Of a DNA stretch of 64,000 bases, positions 42,901 to 56,700 are shown in pieces. The DNA lies in NCBI RefSeq assembly GCF_964355755.1, contig NC_092675.1:21486912-21550911 (forward strand). The letters run 5' to 3'. Numbering within the stretch: position 1 is the stretch's first letter; every line of letters starts with the position of its first letter. Under the pieces are notes generated by a model. That model had not been told where the DNA came from, made no database searches, and was given only the letters and a program-made list of their open reading frames with translations. The DNA comes from Antedon mediterranea. Taxonomy: Eukaryota; Animalia; Echinodermata. A program made the position numbers and the translations under genes.

Positions 42901-44403
42901 CTTATTTGTATAGAACACTAGCAAGTTCAGGAAAGCAACTGAAAAATCCATTTCTGAAAGCATTAGCGCAGAGAGAGGAAGCAAACAGAAGCGGCAAGAT
43001 GACATCTATTATATTTATACGCGACAAAAACGGCAAAGGTCAGGAAATTTCCGGATACATAGATTTTGCGCACAGATTGAAAACCGAAGATTTCGAACCC
43101 TACTTTGCTGGAAAGAAACGATTACTTCCTAGGCCATCTGATCTTAGGTAAGCATGAACAGAAACGCAGCGGTAATAATTAAGTCACATTTTTACATTTT
43201 AACCGTGAAATAACAACAATGTTCAAATCAAACACAAACTGTATTTTAATAATGAAATTGCATACACAATGCATTACAGTGAGTCAGATGTCAATTTGAC
43301 AAATTATAACAATATTAAAACATTACACAGTTACACACGAAAATGTTTTTTTAATAAAGATAAAACACAAGGATAAAACACGCACAAATAATTATAAATT
43401 AGAAACAGAAAAAGCACTGTATTAAATATGATGTGAATTAAACTAATTATGTACATGTATCTATAAACAATAACTAAAAATAAACAACTTCACTACAATA
43501 ACATTTAAATTTCTTGATTCTAGTTTTTACAATTGGGAAACGCAAACTTCAACGTCGAATCCAACACCCAACTATCAAGTTATTGCTGAGAACGCAACAG
43601 GACTTTTATTTAAAAACAAGCGTGATAGAAAAATATTAAATGTAGACCCAAAGGTATGTTTGAATGCTTATGATTGATGTTAGTGAGCTCCCGTGTCATT
43701 TTAGGATGGTAGATTGAAGACGGAAGGACGAATGTTAAATCAACCATGTCATACAGTCTTGATAATAAACAAAATGCATGCAAAGATTAGTCTTGTCAGG
43801 ATCTAAGGAAATGTGTTCCTTTGTGGGCTAATCCTAGATATCAAGAGTTTTAATTATGCTGCATTTTTTGTTTGTTTATGTATGTGTAACTCTCGTCCAA
43901 CGCCCTGAAACGAAAGCTCACAGTTTGTTGTTCAATGCTTAACAGTAAACCAATATTGTATGTAATCCTATACAGTCTATCTAATACAACGATCCTAAAA
44001 CAGCCTTTCTGTTCACAGGCCCATAGGTACATATTTATAGAATACATAAATTGTGAATACATAAAATATACAAAACAAAAGAGTTCATCCTATGAGAAAC
44101 CTCTATTTGGGAGAGACCCCTGTTCAGTAGAAACTCCTTTCTCTTAAAACAAAGGGAAAAATAACGAAAAAAGGGCAATAATATTGCCCTTTATTGAAAC
44201 ACTTTTTTATTTTTATCCCAAAAACTCCTATTTTTAAAGTAAAGAACCTCAAATTTCATTATTATATATTTTATGTGATATTCATATTGTATTTTTTTCA
44301 ATAGGCTCCCACACCAGGTGACAACTCTACTAGAACACCTATAGACTGCCCTCAGTATATTCAAGTCGTAATCTATGATCACATCACCAGACGAAAGACG
44401 TAA
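39980..44403 (+). CDS. CFAP299: Cilia- and flagella-associated protein 299 (C4orf22/DUF4464), 233 aa
   Basis: Exons 39980-40087, 40424-40554, 42914-43147, 43524-43653, 44305-44403. [93 protein letters not shown]. Confidence 0.96.
40635..42855. mobile_element. piggyBac-like non-autonomous element (TTAA TSD) in CFAP299 intron 2
   Basis: TTAA-[CACTTTGACTGCCA ... TGGCAGTCAAAGTG]-TTAA; a partial second right end lies near 42790-42808. Confidence 0.85.
40742..41968. mobile_element. PIF/Harbinger-like non-autonomous element nested in the piggyBac-like element
   Basis: TAA-[GGCCAAATAAAAAAACATACTTGTTAAGCGTCAC ... GTGACGCTTAACAAGTATATTTTTTTATTTGGCC]-TAA: ~34-bp TIRs and a TAA duplication. Confidence 0.85.
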
Positions 44404-45199
44404 ACTTGAAGAATTTAGATTAATGAATTGAAAATATTATTATGTCTTGTACATATTTTACCTATTACTGTAAATGTATTATTAAAGTTTATATAAATCA
44501 AATGTTAACAGTGTCGTTCTGTATTAGTGGTGTCAATAAGAAGCTTTCGCCCCACTGGACTGTGGAGCTGTTGAGTAAAAAAGTCATACTGCACATGTGC
44601 AGAAATAATAATGGGCATGTTGGAGCATGTGCAGAATATTTATTACTCGACAGCTCTGTAGTCTAGTCGAAAACGGAAGTGCCCATTTCAGTACATACAC
44701 ATTACCAATGTAACAGCATAATATTATGTTTGAGCAATTCAAATTTATTGATACATACTGTAATATGCCATATAGCTATTTAGCAGGCTTTGATTGGGAT
44801 TACAACATGTAGGAAGTGAAAATAAACTTACTCCATTGTTAAAGAAAACGAAATATGTTTGCAGAACGGATGTATTTAGAGTGGCAGTCTCTTCCCTAGT
44901 TTCTCAAGTCATACTTTCAACCAAGACGATCAATCTTTAATTTTAACGTATACTTATTTACTTGCGATTATAATACATTTAAAAGCACATTTGATTTAAT
45001 TTACAGCAAATATGGCTTTCCGTGTGCACTACCAATTAGTTTTTAATGGGCGTTTATTCGAGCGAGGCGGTACGGTCAATGCATTATACGAACAATTTGC
45101 TGTATATATTTTGTGTATTATTCGAGTGAGGGTGAGGAGTGTTTATTGGAATAAATATATTTTCTTGCACACTTGTATCGTTGTGCATGGAATGTATAC

Positions 45200-48100
45200 T
45201 CATGCTTTAGGTATCACGTAGATGTTATCTTGAGACGGAGAGATATCTTCGTATTCGTCATCATAAACTCCTGGAGAGCAGTCGTCTTTTTCTGACATCT
45301 TCGACACCTGATAACTGCCATCTTTTAAACGTATCAATCTATTACCTTTTGAAGCAGAGATATCTTCGTATTCGTCATCATCAACTCCTGGAGAGCAGTC
45401 GTCTTTTTCTGACATCTTCGAAACCTCATAACTGCCATCTCTTACCAATCTATTATTTTGAGAAGAAGACATATCTTCGTATTCATCATCATATATTCCT
45501 CCTGGACAACATTCGTTTTCTTCTGGCGACTTCGACGACTTACAACTATTGTCTTCCATAGGTACCAAGTAGAGAGTATCTTGATTGTTAGGAGTTTTAT
45601 CTGGATGGAGAATAGTTTCGTAGATATCTTCATCAATTCCTGCACATCCGTCATCAACATCTTGATAGACATCTTCATCTGTCTGACCAATTATAGTACG
45701 TTTGATAAATGATGTCTCGTGACCAGTTTGAATATACGTATTACTAAGACCCTTCTCTGAAGGCATGTTCGGATTGTCTGCTAAATCACATACATGCTTT
45801 CTTCCTCGTTGCTTTTTATGACGACAGATTACAGTTATAAGACATACCGTGGCTGCCAGAATAAATAGAAGCACCCCAGCGCCAACATAGATGAAACTAT
45901 AAAGTAAAAAAAACAATATGGTTTTGAAGAAAAACTTAAAATATAATTTGATCAATCATTCGCTTTCGTCCTAGTTGGAATCAAGCTTAAGGGTGGGATA
46001 CATTACATCTACAATAGCTTACTTAACATACTGAAGCCATGGTTGATTTTCCATTACGTCAATATGAACCAATACAAAATCCGTTTTTGTGTTTCCGATA
46101 ACGTCGGTGGCTCGAATCCAAATTTGGTATGTTCCAGATTCTTCTTCGTCTTTAAAGTAAATATCGACAATGTCTTTCTATAAATTGCAAGCAAATTGAA
46201 TTATTAGAATGCTTTAAAATAGTTTATAAAGACCTGTTTAAACACCTTTCTTACAGAAACAAATACAATTATTAGATAAACAAAAGGTTAATTCTTTGCT
46301 ATATTTTGTTTCTGATTTATATTTAGCTTCGTTTGTTACATCTTTGCTCCAATAAACAGGCCTCTATGGTATTGTATTTTATATTGAAAGTAGGCTTACT
46401 GTGTTGTTTGAATAATTACTACAATACTGTATAAAAATAGAAAAAATTATATGTTAAGGTAACCTACAAGTTTTGTTATATCTTTCCAATCTGGTTTCAG
46501 TAACGTTTCTCCTTCAGTGTCATCCTTTAAAAGTCCGAATTCAAACTTGATAATTCCATTTATATTATTAATAGCTGATACGGGACGCCCCGATGGATGT
46601 GCCTCTGAATCGTAATCCAATGTGACGTCATCATCGGTTTTAATTGCAAGTAAAAGACTTTCGTTCATGTGGAGTTTGTTTATGAAGTGACCCTTCCATG
46701 ATAACGTTACCTAAAAAATATATATACATTACCGAACGTTAATTTTATACTTGTAAACATTACGATGCATAGGAATGATAAATATATAGATAATAATGAA
46801 ACACCTTTAATCATGAAAATGTTTCCGAAAATGAAATGAATTATTATGTTGATACCGAAATAAAACTAGAAACCCTCCTTGCCACCATGTTCCAATGGTC
46901 CTTTTAAACAAATTTGACCAATATTCTGATGAAGCGCTTGCCAGAGGTAGTGATTTTTTAAACGAATGTTATAAGAAAAATATAGAGCAAGCAACTCAAT
47001 ATATTATTCAATGGATTATATAAATATATTGCTATCTTTGAAGAAATTGATAGTCAAACCTAAAAAAAAGAAAATGTTTTTTAACGAATAATATTTCGTG
47101 TATCGCTGATTATATAATAATAAAAATTCAGAAAAATAACGTACAGCTTCGTTTTTAAAGACTGACAATGTGCTATTGTCTATAATTGAGTCTTCACCAA
47201 CTGTCAGATAGATTGGATTATCGTCAATGATACTGATTACACTTTGGTTATCATAAATAAAACAACGCCGTGCATTACGTGTGTTTCCAGCGACATCATC
47301 AACCGTCAATATGACACAGTAAACACCTGTTATATTAAAGAACAATAAGTTGTTGTGTAAGGTTCGTATTGGGGTGACTTTGAAAAGGGCGACTTTGTAA
47401 AGGGGCGACTTGATCACTCCCTATCACTAGGCTTAATTCTAAGCACAATGCAAAGTTTTTTATGGAAATAACAGTATTTTAAAAATAGATACAACTTCTG
47501 ATTTAAATGTATTTACAATTGAAAAAAAAAATGGTTATTGAAAATAGATTACATCCGTTGATGACCACATGAACTTAAAAGCAAACTCACCAGTTGATGT
47601 CAGTTTAAATGTCACACGATATTCCCCATTTCTCTGTATATAATTTAGAGGACCAAAATCATCTTTGGGAATTAAAATATCATTTTTTGCTGCCATTTTG
47701 AAAACGCGGCACTTGTAAGGTTGTGCTGTCAATCCAGAAATATAGTCAGTCCATGCCGTCCAACTAATATTAACTTCATTCTAGAAAGAAACATAGCAGT
47801 GTTTTTTATCTGCACATATAAATAAAATAATAAAAAGGTATTTATTGAAGTACAAACACACCGTGTGTGTTAGTCATATTGAACACAACACGTTTTAAAA
47901 CACTGGTCTATAATGCAGAGTAACAATGTATTGTTACCAAGTAGTATAAAGTAAAAACTAGGAAGATACCCAAATCTCGTACAATAAATATTTTATTTTG
48001 GGGCAGAAACAAGAACTTTTTCCGTTTATTTTTATACAAATCTGGAATACTGTAAATTTAAGAATACTCATCTTCAGCTACAGTTACTCTAATTATATAC

Positions 48101-51100
48101 ATTTAATACAGTCAAGCATAGAATAATAAATCATTATCCCTAGTTCTATCACAGCAAGCTGTCGTTTGACTAGACTACAATATTTGTACTCTTGTGTATA
48201 TATTACCATTCTCGTATATGGATCACCAATGTCTAATGCATTCCCAACGCATGGAACATTTCTCGTAACAGAGCAATGTGTCGGCGGTTCAATATCAACC
48301 ATTACATTCACATACATAGTTATACTTTTTCCTTCATAATATTCACGTTCAGTAAGATCACCAGTAAGTGAAAAGTTCTTCAGGTGAAGATATCCACCAT
48401 TTGTCGAATCTGCTGTTAAGATCAAACTAAACCCACTCAACGATATTAGTGTCGTTAATTATTTTCATTAAGAATATTATACGTATTAGTTAATTGTATA
48501 GTTACTACGAAGTAGCTTTGTGTGGTGTAGATAAGTCAATTGATCAGATGTTTTGCCCTGCTCTGACTTGCATACTCCGTCAGAAAACACAATTACATTA
48601 ATATACTTACTTTATTTGTTTATTGAGAGGTTTAAATAATACACAATGGTCTGGCGTAAAAGATGGGTCTTAGTGCCAACCACAAATTCATAAAGTCTTT
48701 AAGTCTACTGATAAACATTGTTTTATTCAACACTTATATTAATCTGTCATCGTAGATTCTTTTCAAACTGCTGGTCAAATTTTGAACGATATCTTTACTA
48801 TATTGTGTTAACTCTCCTTTGTTATTACAAATGTTTGTTTTTTTGACAAAAATAAGTAAAAATACCAAAATAACCTACAAAACTATTAATATTACCTAAT
48901 ATGATTGACAGTTTTGAAGTATTGCGCACATTGGTAATCAAGGAAGCCCAATAGCTAATAATAGCTTATTTGCATAATTCAGTAGGCTCTATATCAAATC
49001 CGGAATAAATACTGTAGACCATACCTGTCACCGTGTCGAAGTTGTTCATTCAAATTTTCAAAGGCATCACAGGAATACAGCCCCTGCTTTGGATTGTCTA
49101 GGCCAATGTTACCACCGCAATTTATATTTCCACTGCCAACAGCTTTATCTTCTACAAATAAAAATAAAAGCACCTACACTGATTTTTAGATTAATCTTAC
49201 TATTTAATATCTTATTTAACATATTAACGATTAATCTTTTTTTATTTAAATGATCTAAAAAATGTAGGGTGGCCACTGACTTAACTAGATACTATAACCA
49301 GATACTGTTTTACTAGGTAAAGGAATATCTATTATATTAAATTATTGTGCATCATTCTATCATACATTATTAGATATACACATACATAAATAAAATAAAT
49401 ACAAGTACAAAACTGACTCTCTTAACTACAATTATATACTGTATTATCAAAGCTGTACAGAACCATAAGAACACTTCTCTCACCTCGGATATGTTTCCAA
49501 TAAAAAGAAGAAGACGTAATACCAACTCTGTAATCGTAGATATAATATGGAAATGGATATTCATCCGACGAAGGACCAGAAAAGCTCGTTTGCCACTTGA
49601 TGGAAAATGCATTACCGTCAACTGATGAATAGCTGTATGTGTGTGACGCAGTTGAATACACGCAAGGTAGGTCAATGGAAGATATTCCATTACATTGTAG
49701 AGATATTGAACAATTTGTTACTTTTGGTGGCACAGTGACTGTAAATTAGGATATCAGAAAGTAAGTATTTAAGGAATTAGTGTTTGATACTAAAAAAAAC
49801 ATAATTTGTTCAATTGTTTAAACGACACACCAGTAACAAATGATGCACAATTGTATCTTGGTAATTTTCGACAATTATTCACTTATATTCATTATTTTGG
49901 GGGACATTTTGTTCCATGTGATTTCAGGAATCAAACAGAATATTTATTTAATCCAATTCAAATAACAAAAATCTACCTCACTTAATTATACAGGCTCTTA
50001 TAAAATATACCTTATTTATATTTGTTTTTACTTCTTTTAAATTACATTATTAACTTGTCACAGAAATTTGAATTTTGATTTTCCATAGAATAAAATAACT
50101 TACTGTTCATGCAGTTGTCTTTGTCATCGAACTCGAAATCACAGTAACATTTATACGTATCATCACCTATGAGACCACAAGTACCCGGATAACACGACTT
50201 GCTATCACTTCTCAATGAACACGTTCCTTTAAAATAATATCGAGTAAATGACTAGTTGATCCTCAATAGATTTAGAAAAAAACAAGGCCATATACATGGC
50301 TGCAGTCGCGTGCTCAAGTTAGTGTTTACCGACCAACCGACCGACCAACCGACATAGTGAGCTGTAGAGTCGCGTTGCACGCGACTAAATACACACAAAA
50401 ACACTGAATAGTAATACTGATGCGATGATAAAAAGAATAAAGACAAATAAATGAGAAAAAGCAATATACATCAAAGTTAAACACTTACGTCCGGTACACT
50501 CGTTGATACCAGGAAGCGATGAATACCCACTGCAGCAATGACATGTATTTGAATAAACTGTTCTGTACCTAGTGACCGATCGATATGCTTTTCTATAATA
50601 ATTAGACAAACAAGTAGAGTATCAGGAATAAAAGTATAGTTTTGTTCCACAATGAATAAGTAAAGGTTTTTGTGTATCAAATTTATACATAATTCCAAAA
50701 AAATAATACAGATGCTGGACATTATAGCCCTATGTAATAATGATAATACTATGCATGGACTTATATGGCGCTTTTAACTTAAGTGAGAAAGTGCTTGGAT
50801 TATGGATTAAAAAAATTAAAAGACTATAATTACAAGAAAATACATGATGATATGATGTCTAATTTGTAATTTGTTAAGAACATGTCGTATATAAGTGAAA
50901 AAAGGCAAAAATTATTAAAAACCAAGGCCACAATTACACCAAAATAAAAGAAATGACTAATAAACGACACCAACAATACAACATACAAGTATAGCGTTTT
51001 CAGATATTTCCTAAAAAGTTCAACATTTGGCAGAAGTTCGAAAAAATAAAATGTCATTTGTTCATAAAATTGTCACCAAGATCGTTATTACTGATGAAAT

Positions 51101-51658
51101 GAATATGCAGTATTTGTATCACCATTAAACTGTGCTATTTGAAAATATTATCACAACTCACCGGTAACGAGTTCTCCTACAACGGTCCCAACCAAAAGCG
51201 CCACACTTAGTGTATGTCGTATAACTTGACGAATATGACTGGCTGGTGCTGTACGCCTCTGATGAACTTACTAGTGTAGTACATACGTTTTTCCTTTATT
51301 TTGTTACAAAAGAACATGGAAATGTACGTTTATTCATTATTGCTTCTTTTCCCCTTTAATTGAAATTAATTTTTCAAATTCTGTATTTGAAAAGCAGTGT
51401 TAAAAACACAAAGGATTAATTACAATTCAAATAGAAACAGTTGCACGGCATCAGAAGGGTTTATGTAAATAGAAAAACAGATCTTCTTTCAAAGTAGTGT
51501 GATATGCAAGTATTTATTATTATAAACATAAAATAAAAAAAAAATTGTCTTAAAGTTAAGCTCTTAAACATTATTACTAACCCATTTGGATTCAAAGTAT
51601 GCACGTGATTCCATAAAACTATATTGAAAACTACGAGAACCAAGTAACGGAGTGCCAT
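45200..51658 (-). CDS. Receptor A: type-I membrane protein (signal peptide, EMI-like/CCxGY, Cys-rich, FN3/Ig-like ectodomain, TM, Tyr-motif-rich tail), ~834 aa
   Basis: 12 in-frame exons: 51658-51582, 51293-51162, 50592-50489, 50226-50104, 49738-49484, 49151-49025, 48426-48207, 47780-47591, 47326-47145, 46710-46468, 46177-46023, 45896-45200 (sum 2505 nt). TM FIYVGAGVLLFILAATVCLITVIC followed by RHKKQR. Confidence 0.88.
50280..50388 (+). mobile_element. HINE/Helentron-type (DINE-1/pearl-like) non-autonomous element
   Basis: AAACAAGGCC start, subterminal AGTCGCGTGC, (GACC/AACC)n microsatellite and terminal hairpin GAGTCGCGTTGCACGCGACT. Confidence 0.7.
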
Positions 51659-52963
51659 TCTGTAAAGTAGAAGTAAAATGGTTAAAGTCAGTGTCACGCA
51701 TGAATTAGGCTCTATTCTAAAATTAAGTTCCTAACTTAATTTTCCATCAGTAGACAGAAAAACTAGTTTATTTTACAAAAATTCAATCGCGTTACAATGA
51801 GACACACTTATATGTTGATTATTATCTTTATTTTGGGGGGTTTTCCAAATAGAGAAAGTGTGTCAAAAACATTTTGACCAAATTACATCATGTGACCATT
51901 GTTTCGATACTTCATTTCCTCGTCGGAAAGAGTTTAGTTTCTATAGCTTAGTAAAAGCAGTTTGTTGTCGCTACCCATATATATTATTACAGAAACAATT
52001 AGGCCTACTCTGAATGTTCAAGCCTCTTCGTATATAAGTACAACAAAGCAATATTATAATATTACACCTACTATATTGGAACCGTACGGATATTGTACAA
52101 TATAGATAGGCCTATAAATCGTCTTTATACGAGGGCTCTTTGTAACTTAAGAATCAGGTACTAATGCGGCTCAGTCAAATAGTTTAACTTACCAACATGA
52201 GATCGGCTAATTCTCAGCTTAGAAACTTGACTGAAGAAACTGGAGTAGAAAATTGATACCACTGGATGTAGACACTACATTTTACGACGAGGAAATGAAG
52301 CATCAATCAATACATAAAATGCTAATAATGCTAATAATTTGTGTTTAAATAAACAATAGGCCTACATTATTGTCAACAAATGATATCATTAGGTTAATGT
52401 TCGAAACCTTACTTCTTCGTCAAAAAGAATTAGTTTAAATAGCATAATGATTGATTAAATACAATTGCTGTCTAGTAAGTCTAGTCTATCAAGGAATTCA
52501 TGTAATAACATAGCTTATTGAACGTCATTCTAAACTAGTTGATTTACCAATTCTGATAAGAAAATTAAACGGCTAATATTGTTGGTTATTAAACAGTTAA
52601 ACTCACCATATGAGATTAGGTAATTTCCAGCTTAGTTTGAAACCTGCAGACCTGACAAATGTTAGTAATCCACTGAAACACGGTATGTAAAATGAAACCA
52701 CCGGATGTATACAAACGAATGGTTTTTCCAACGAGGAAATAATTATATGCTGCTTCAACAGTCATATGTAACATTACCTGATCCGAAGTTTCTAAAAACA
52801 ACCCCTAATGGGGACACGATCTGTTCAATATTCAAAGCTTGGTTTCTATATCGCTATCGCTATCTCCAACTTTATTGTATCAATATGGTACTACAGTACG
52901 CATGCGCATTGTCACCAAAACAACAACAACAACGTCCTGTTCTTAGACGTCGAGTTGTAATTT

Positions 52964-53140
52964 AAACAAGGCCAACAGCCATGAGTCGCGTGCTCTCAGA
53001 AAAAAATGAACTTTCAAAAAGTAATGTACATCAAAACAGTTCAAAAAGTACAGAAAAGCGATAAAACGCATAGTGATACCGGACCGACAGACAGACCGAC
53101 AGACCGACAGACCGACATAGTGAACTATTGAGTCTAAAAA
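52964..53140 (+). mobile_element. HINE/Helentron-type element, second copy
   Basis: AAACAAGGCC...GAGTCGCGTGC...(GACC/GACA)n GACATAGTGA; the terminal hairpin is deleted. Confidence 0.65.
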
Positions 53141-53567
53141 TACTGCAATAATGCAAAAGGCATTGAAATATAAGCCTACCTAGCTTGTGGTCCGGACACT
53201 ATTGTACCATTGGATGCATTCTCACAGTACAACCCACTTTTCTTAACTACATACATTGCTTTTAATTCTGATGTATTTGAATTCCTGTAGACTTTTGTCG
53301 TAGAGACAACAATTAACGGAATTTATTTAGAAGTTGGTCGCTGCCATCATCGCGATATTTGTGGACGAAAAAACAGACGGACATACTTCCGCGACTGAAA
53401 GTCAGTGAGTGATCCTAGTATAGTTACGACTTAACAAAAATGTATGATATTGATTCATTTATTATTTTAATACAACTTGTAATTCGTTTATATACAGGAG
53501 TTTAACTTACTTTTTTTGATGAAATAAACACATTTCTATGACATTGGTAGTACCATGGTGTTAATAT

Positions 53568-53665
53568 CTGTCAAACTAGTTTGACAACAAAAAGTGTGAT
53601 GTACCCAAATATGGTAGTAATATGACATGGGCACATCATATTTTTGTCACATAAAGTTTGATAGA
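53568..53665. mobile_element. PIF/Harbinger-like MITE family fragment
   Basis: AAACTAGTTTGACAA..AAAGTGTGATGTACCCAAATATGGTAG...TTTGTCACATAAAGTTTGATAG, matching the copies at 17108 and 36686. Confidence 0.7.
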
Positions 53666-53715
53666 GACTTGATTTTCAACTATGGTATGGTGTGTAGACC
53701 CATCTTTAAATCTTT

Positions 53716-56700
53716 TTAGGCCTTTCGTAAACATGATGTATAGTATAGATTTCCTTGACTAATAGAAGATTGACCAGGATTAGCGACTTCGTAGATATCA
53801 TCATCTGCTGTACATCTTTCTGCAATATCTTCGTAACAGCTGTCATTTGCTTCACCAACCGTACGTTTGAAAAAAGATGTCTCGTGACTTTGGTTTGTGT
53901 TACTGATGTCATGTTGGTATAAATCCTCATTTTTTTCTACTAAATCGCTTACAGCTTTGCGTTCATTTCGGCGTCGCTTCTTTTTATAACGACAGATCAA
54001 AACGAGAAGACACACTGCTGCCAGATTAAATATTATCCCACCAGCACCAGCATATATTACACTTTGACTATAACATATAAAAAAAACCAAAAAAAAAACC
54101 CAATGTTTTAATATTCTTCGGTACTTCACATATTTATAACCTATACGGCTTCGGATAATAATACAGTGGATATGCAACTGACTTACAGCGATGATTTCTT
54201 TTCTACACCGATTAAATTAACTGACATAAAATCCGTTCTGGTGTTTCCGATGACGTCAGTGGCTCGAATCCAAAATTGGTAACTTCCAGATTCTACTTCA
54301 TCACTGAAATTAACATCTACAATTTCCTCCTAAAATGCAACGTAATATAATAATAATAATAGGCCTACTTTGTTAATAATAAAAAGCAATCAAATAATTA
54401 TATTATCTGTTATCTAAGAGTTGCTAACAGAAACATAAGTCATGGTAATAAGTTAACCTACAAGATCTGGTAAAGTTTTCCAATCTGGTGTCAATGTCGT
54501 TTTTCCTTCAATAGGCATTTCTTCCTTAAATAGTCCAAATTCAAACTTTATAATTCCATTTGCATTATCAATGGCCGATAAAGGGCGTCCTGCTGGATGT
54601 GCCTCTGAATCGTAAGCTTCCTGGAATGTGACGTCATCATCTGATTTAATTGCAAGTAAAATACTTTCGTTCACATGTAGCTGATTTATGAAGTGACCAT
54701 TCCATGATAACGTTACCTATTGACATTTTTAAAAATAATTATTGTTACAATTTTATAATAGGCCTAGTCAACATTGACAGAATATAATGTTATCTACGTT
54801 TAGGGCCAATAATTACTCAAATGTAAAATACTATTGTCAAATAAAGATATATCAGTTAGATGAAGAAAAAAAAAACAATGATTGAAATTAAATCCGTCAA
54901 AAAATGAAATAACTTACATTTTCAACAACGTTTATGGACACATCAGAGTTATTATTGAATGTCTCTCCGTCAATTGTTAGATAGATTGGATTATCGTCAA
55001 TAATACTGATTTCACTTTGGTTATCATAAATAAAACAACGTCTTGCATTACGTGTGTTTCCAGCGACATCATCAACAGTCAAAATTACACAGTAAACACC
55101 TGTATGAAAAAGACATATTTAAAAAAATATTTATTTAAAAACAGGACGTTGTTTTGTGAGACTTCTATTCTATATCATTATACTTATTACTATCTAAGAT
55201 AGGCAGACACAATGTTGAGAAAGCTACCGTCTTGGATATTGAGTATCATATTGTAGCTACTCCAGATGTTCCGCGAAACCTATATTTTACAAGATTATAC
55301 ATAGTCTAACCCTACGGTATATTTGATGATACAAATGATTGGTAACATGTTGGTTTTTTTGGTTCACGGTAGATCTTCTGTTATAGTGGGTTATAAAAAC
55401 ACGAGTATTTCGGTACAGTAACACCAAAACTTAACTTACCAGGCGTTGGAAGCGGCCTAAACGTTACATTATATCTAACGCCACTCTGTGTGTAATCTAA
55501 AAGACCGAAGTCATAATCAGGAATTAAGTTATCGTGTGTGGTTGCCATTTTTAAAACGCGACACTCGTAAGATGGCCGAGCTGTCAACCCAGAAACATAG
55601 TCAACCCATGACGTCCAACGAATATCAACTTCAGTCTAGAAGAAATCATATTTTTACCGTAAGTAGGCCCTATAACTAATATACTTTTCCACATTATGAC
55701 AATTTTACACTCTACTTGATCATGTATTCAATCGTAAACATTTGAAATTGTTTTTTCTTTATATGATGGAAGATAGTTCTTACAGATCTTGTATATGGAT
55801 CTCCAATGTCTAATGCATTCCCCACACATGGTACATCTAGTAAAGAACAATGTGTCGGCGGTTCAGTATCGACCTTTACATTCACATACATAGTTACAGT
55901 TTGTCCAACATAGTATTCACGCTCGTTTCTTTTATTCCCAGAAATTGAATAGTCATAGTTTTTCCGTTCAATATATCCACCATTTGTTGCATATGCTGAA
56001 AATAACAAACTAACAAAGAAAAATGTTGTTAGAATTTTGAACTGGAATAAAAATAAAGTAATCTTTGTCTGTAATTACAATGAATTCAATGACATCTTAC
56101 CTGTCTTTGTGTTGAAGTTGTTCACTTAACCTTGCAAACTTTCTACAGTAATGCAACCCTTGCTTTGGATTATCAGGACCAATGTTAAAATCACAATTAA
56201 TGTTTCCATTTTCAATAATATTTTCTCCTAACAAACAATTTGGATAGTTAGTGCTTAACAAACAACTGAAATAATGCAATTTCTAGCAAACACGAAAATA
56301 TGATCTAGATGCTAGGACTAGGGCCTACATTTAGTGTACATACACAGTACATTTACTGTACAACACTCACCTCTGATGTGTTCCCAATGAAACGAAGATG
56401 ACGTAATACCAACTCTGTAATCGTAGATATAATATGGAAATGGATATTCATCCAATGAAGGACCAGAGAAACTCGTTTGCCATTTGATGGAAAATGTTTT
56501 ACCATTAACTGAGCTGTACATGGGTGACGCAGTTGACAACAGGCAAGGCATGTCGCTGGAAGATATTCCTTTTAGTCGCAGAGATATTGAGCAACTTGTT
56601 ACTTTTGGTAGTACACTAACTGTAATTCACAATACAAATACTGTATCAATACTATTGACTAATTAAGCAATTGTAATTAATAAATAGAATAAAACATTTT

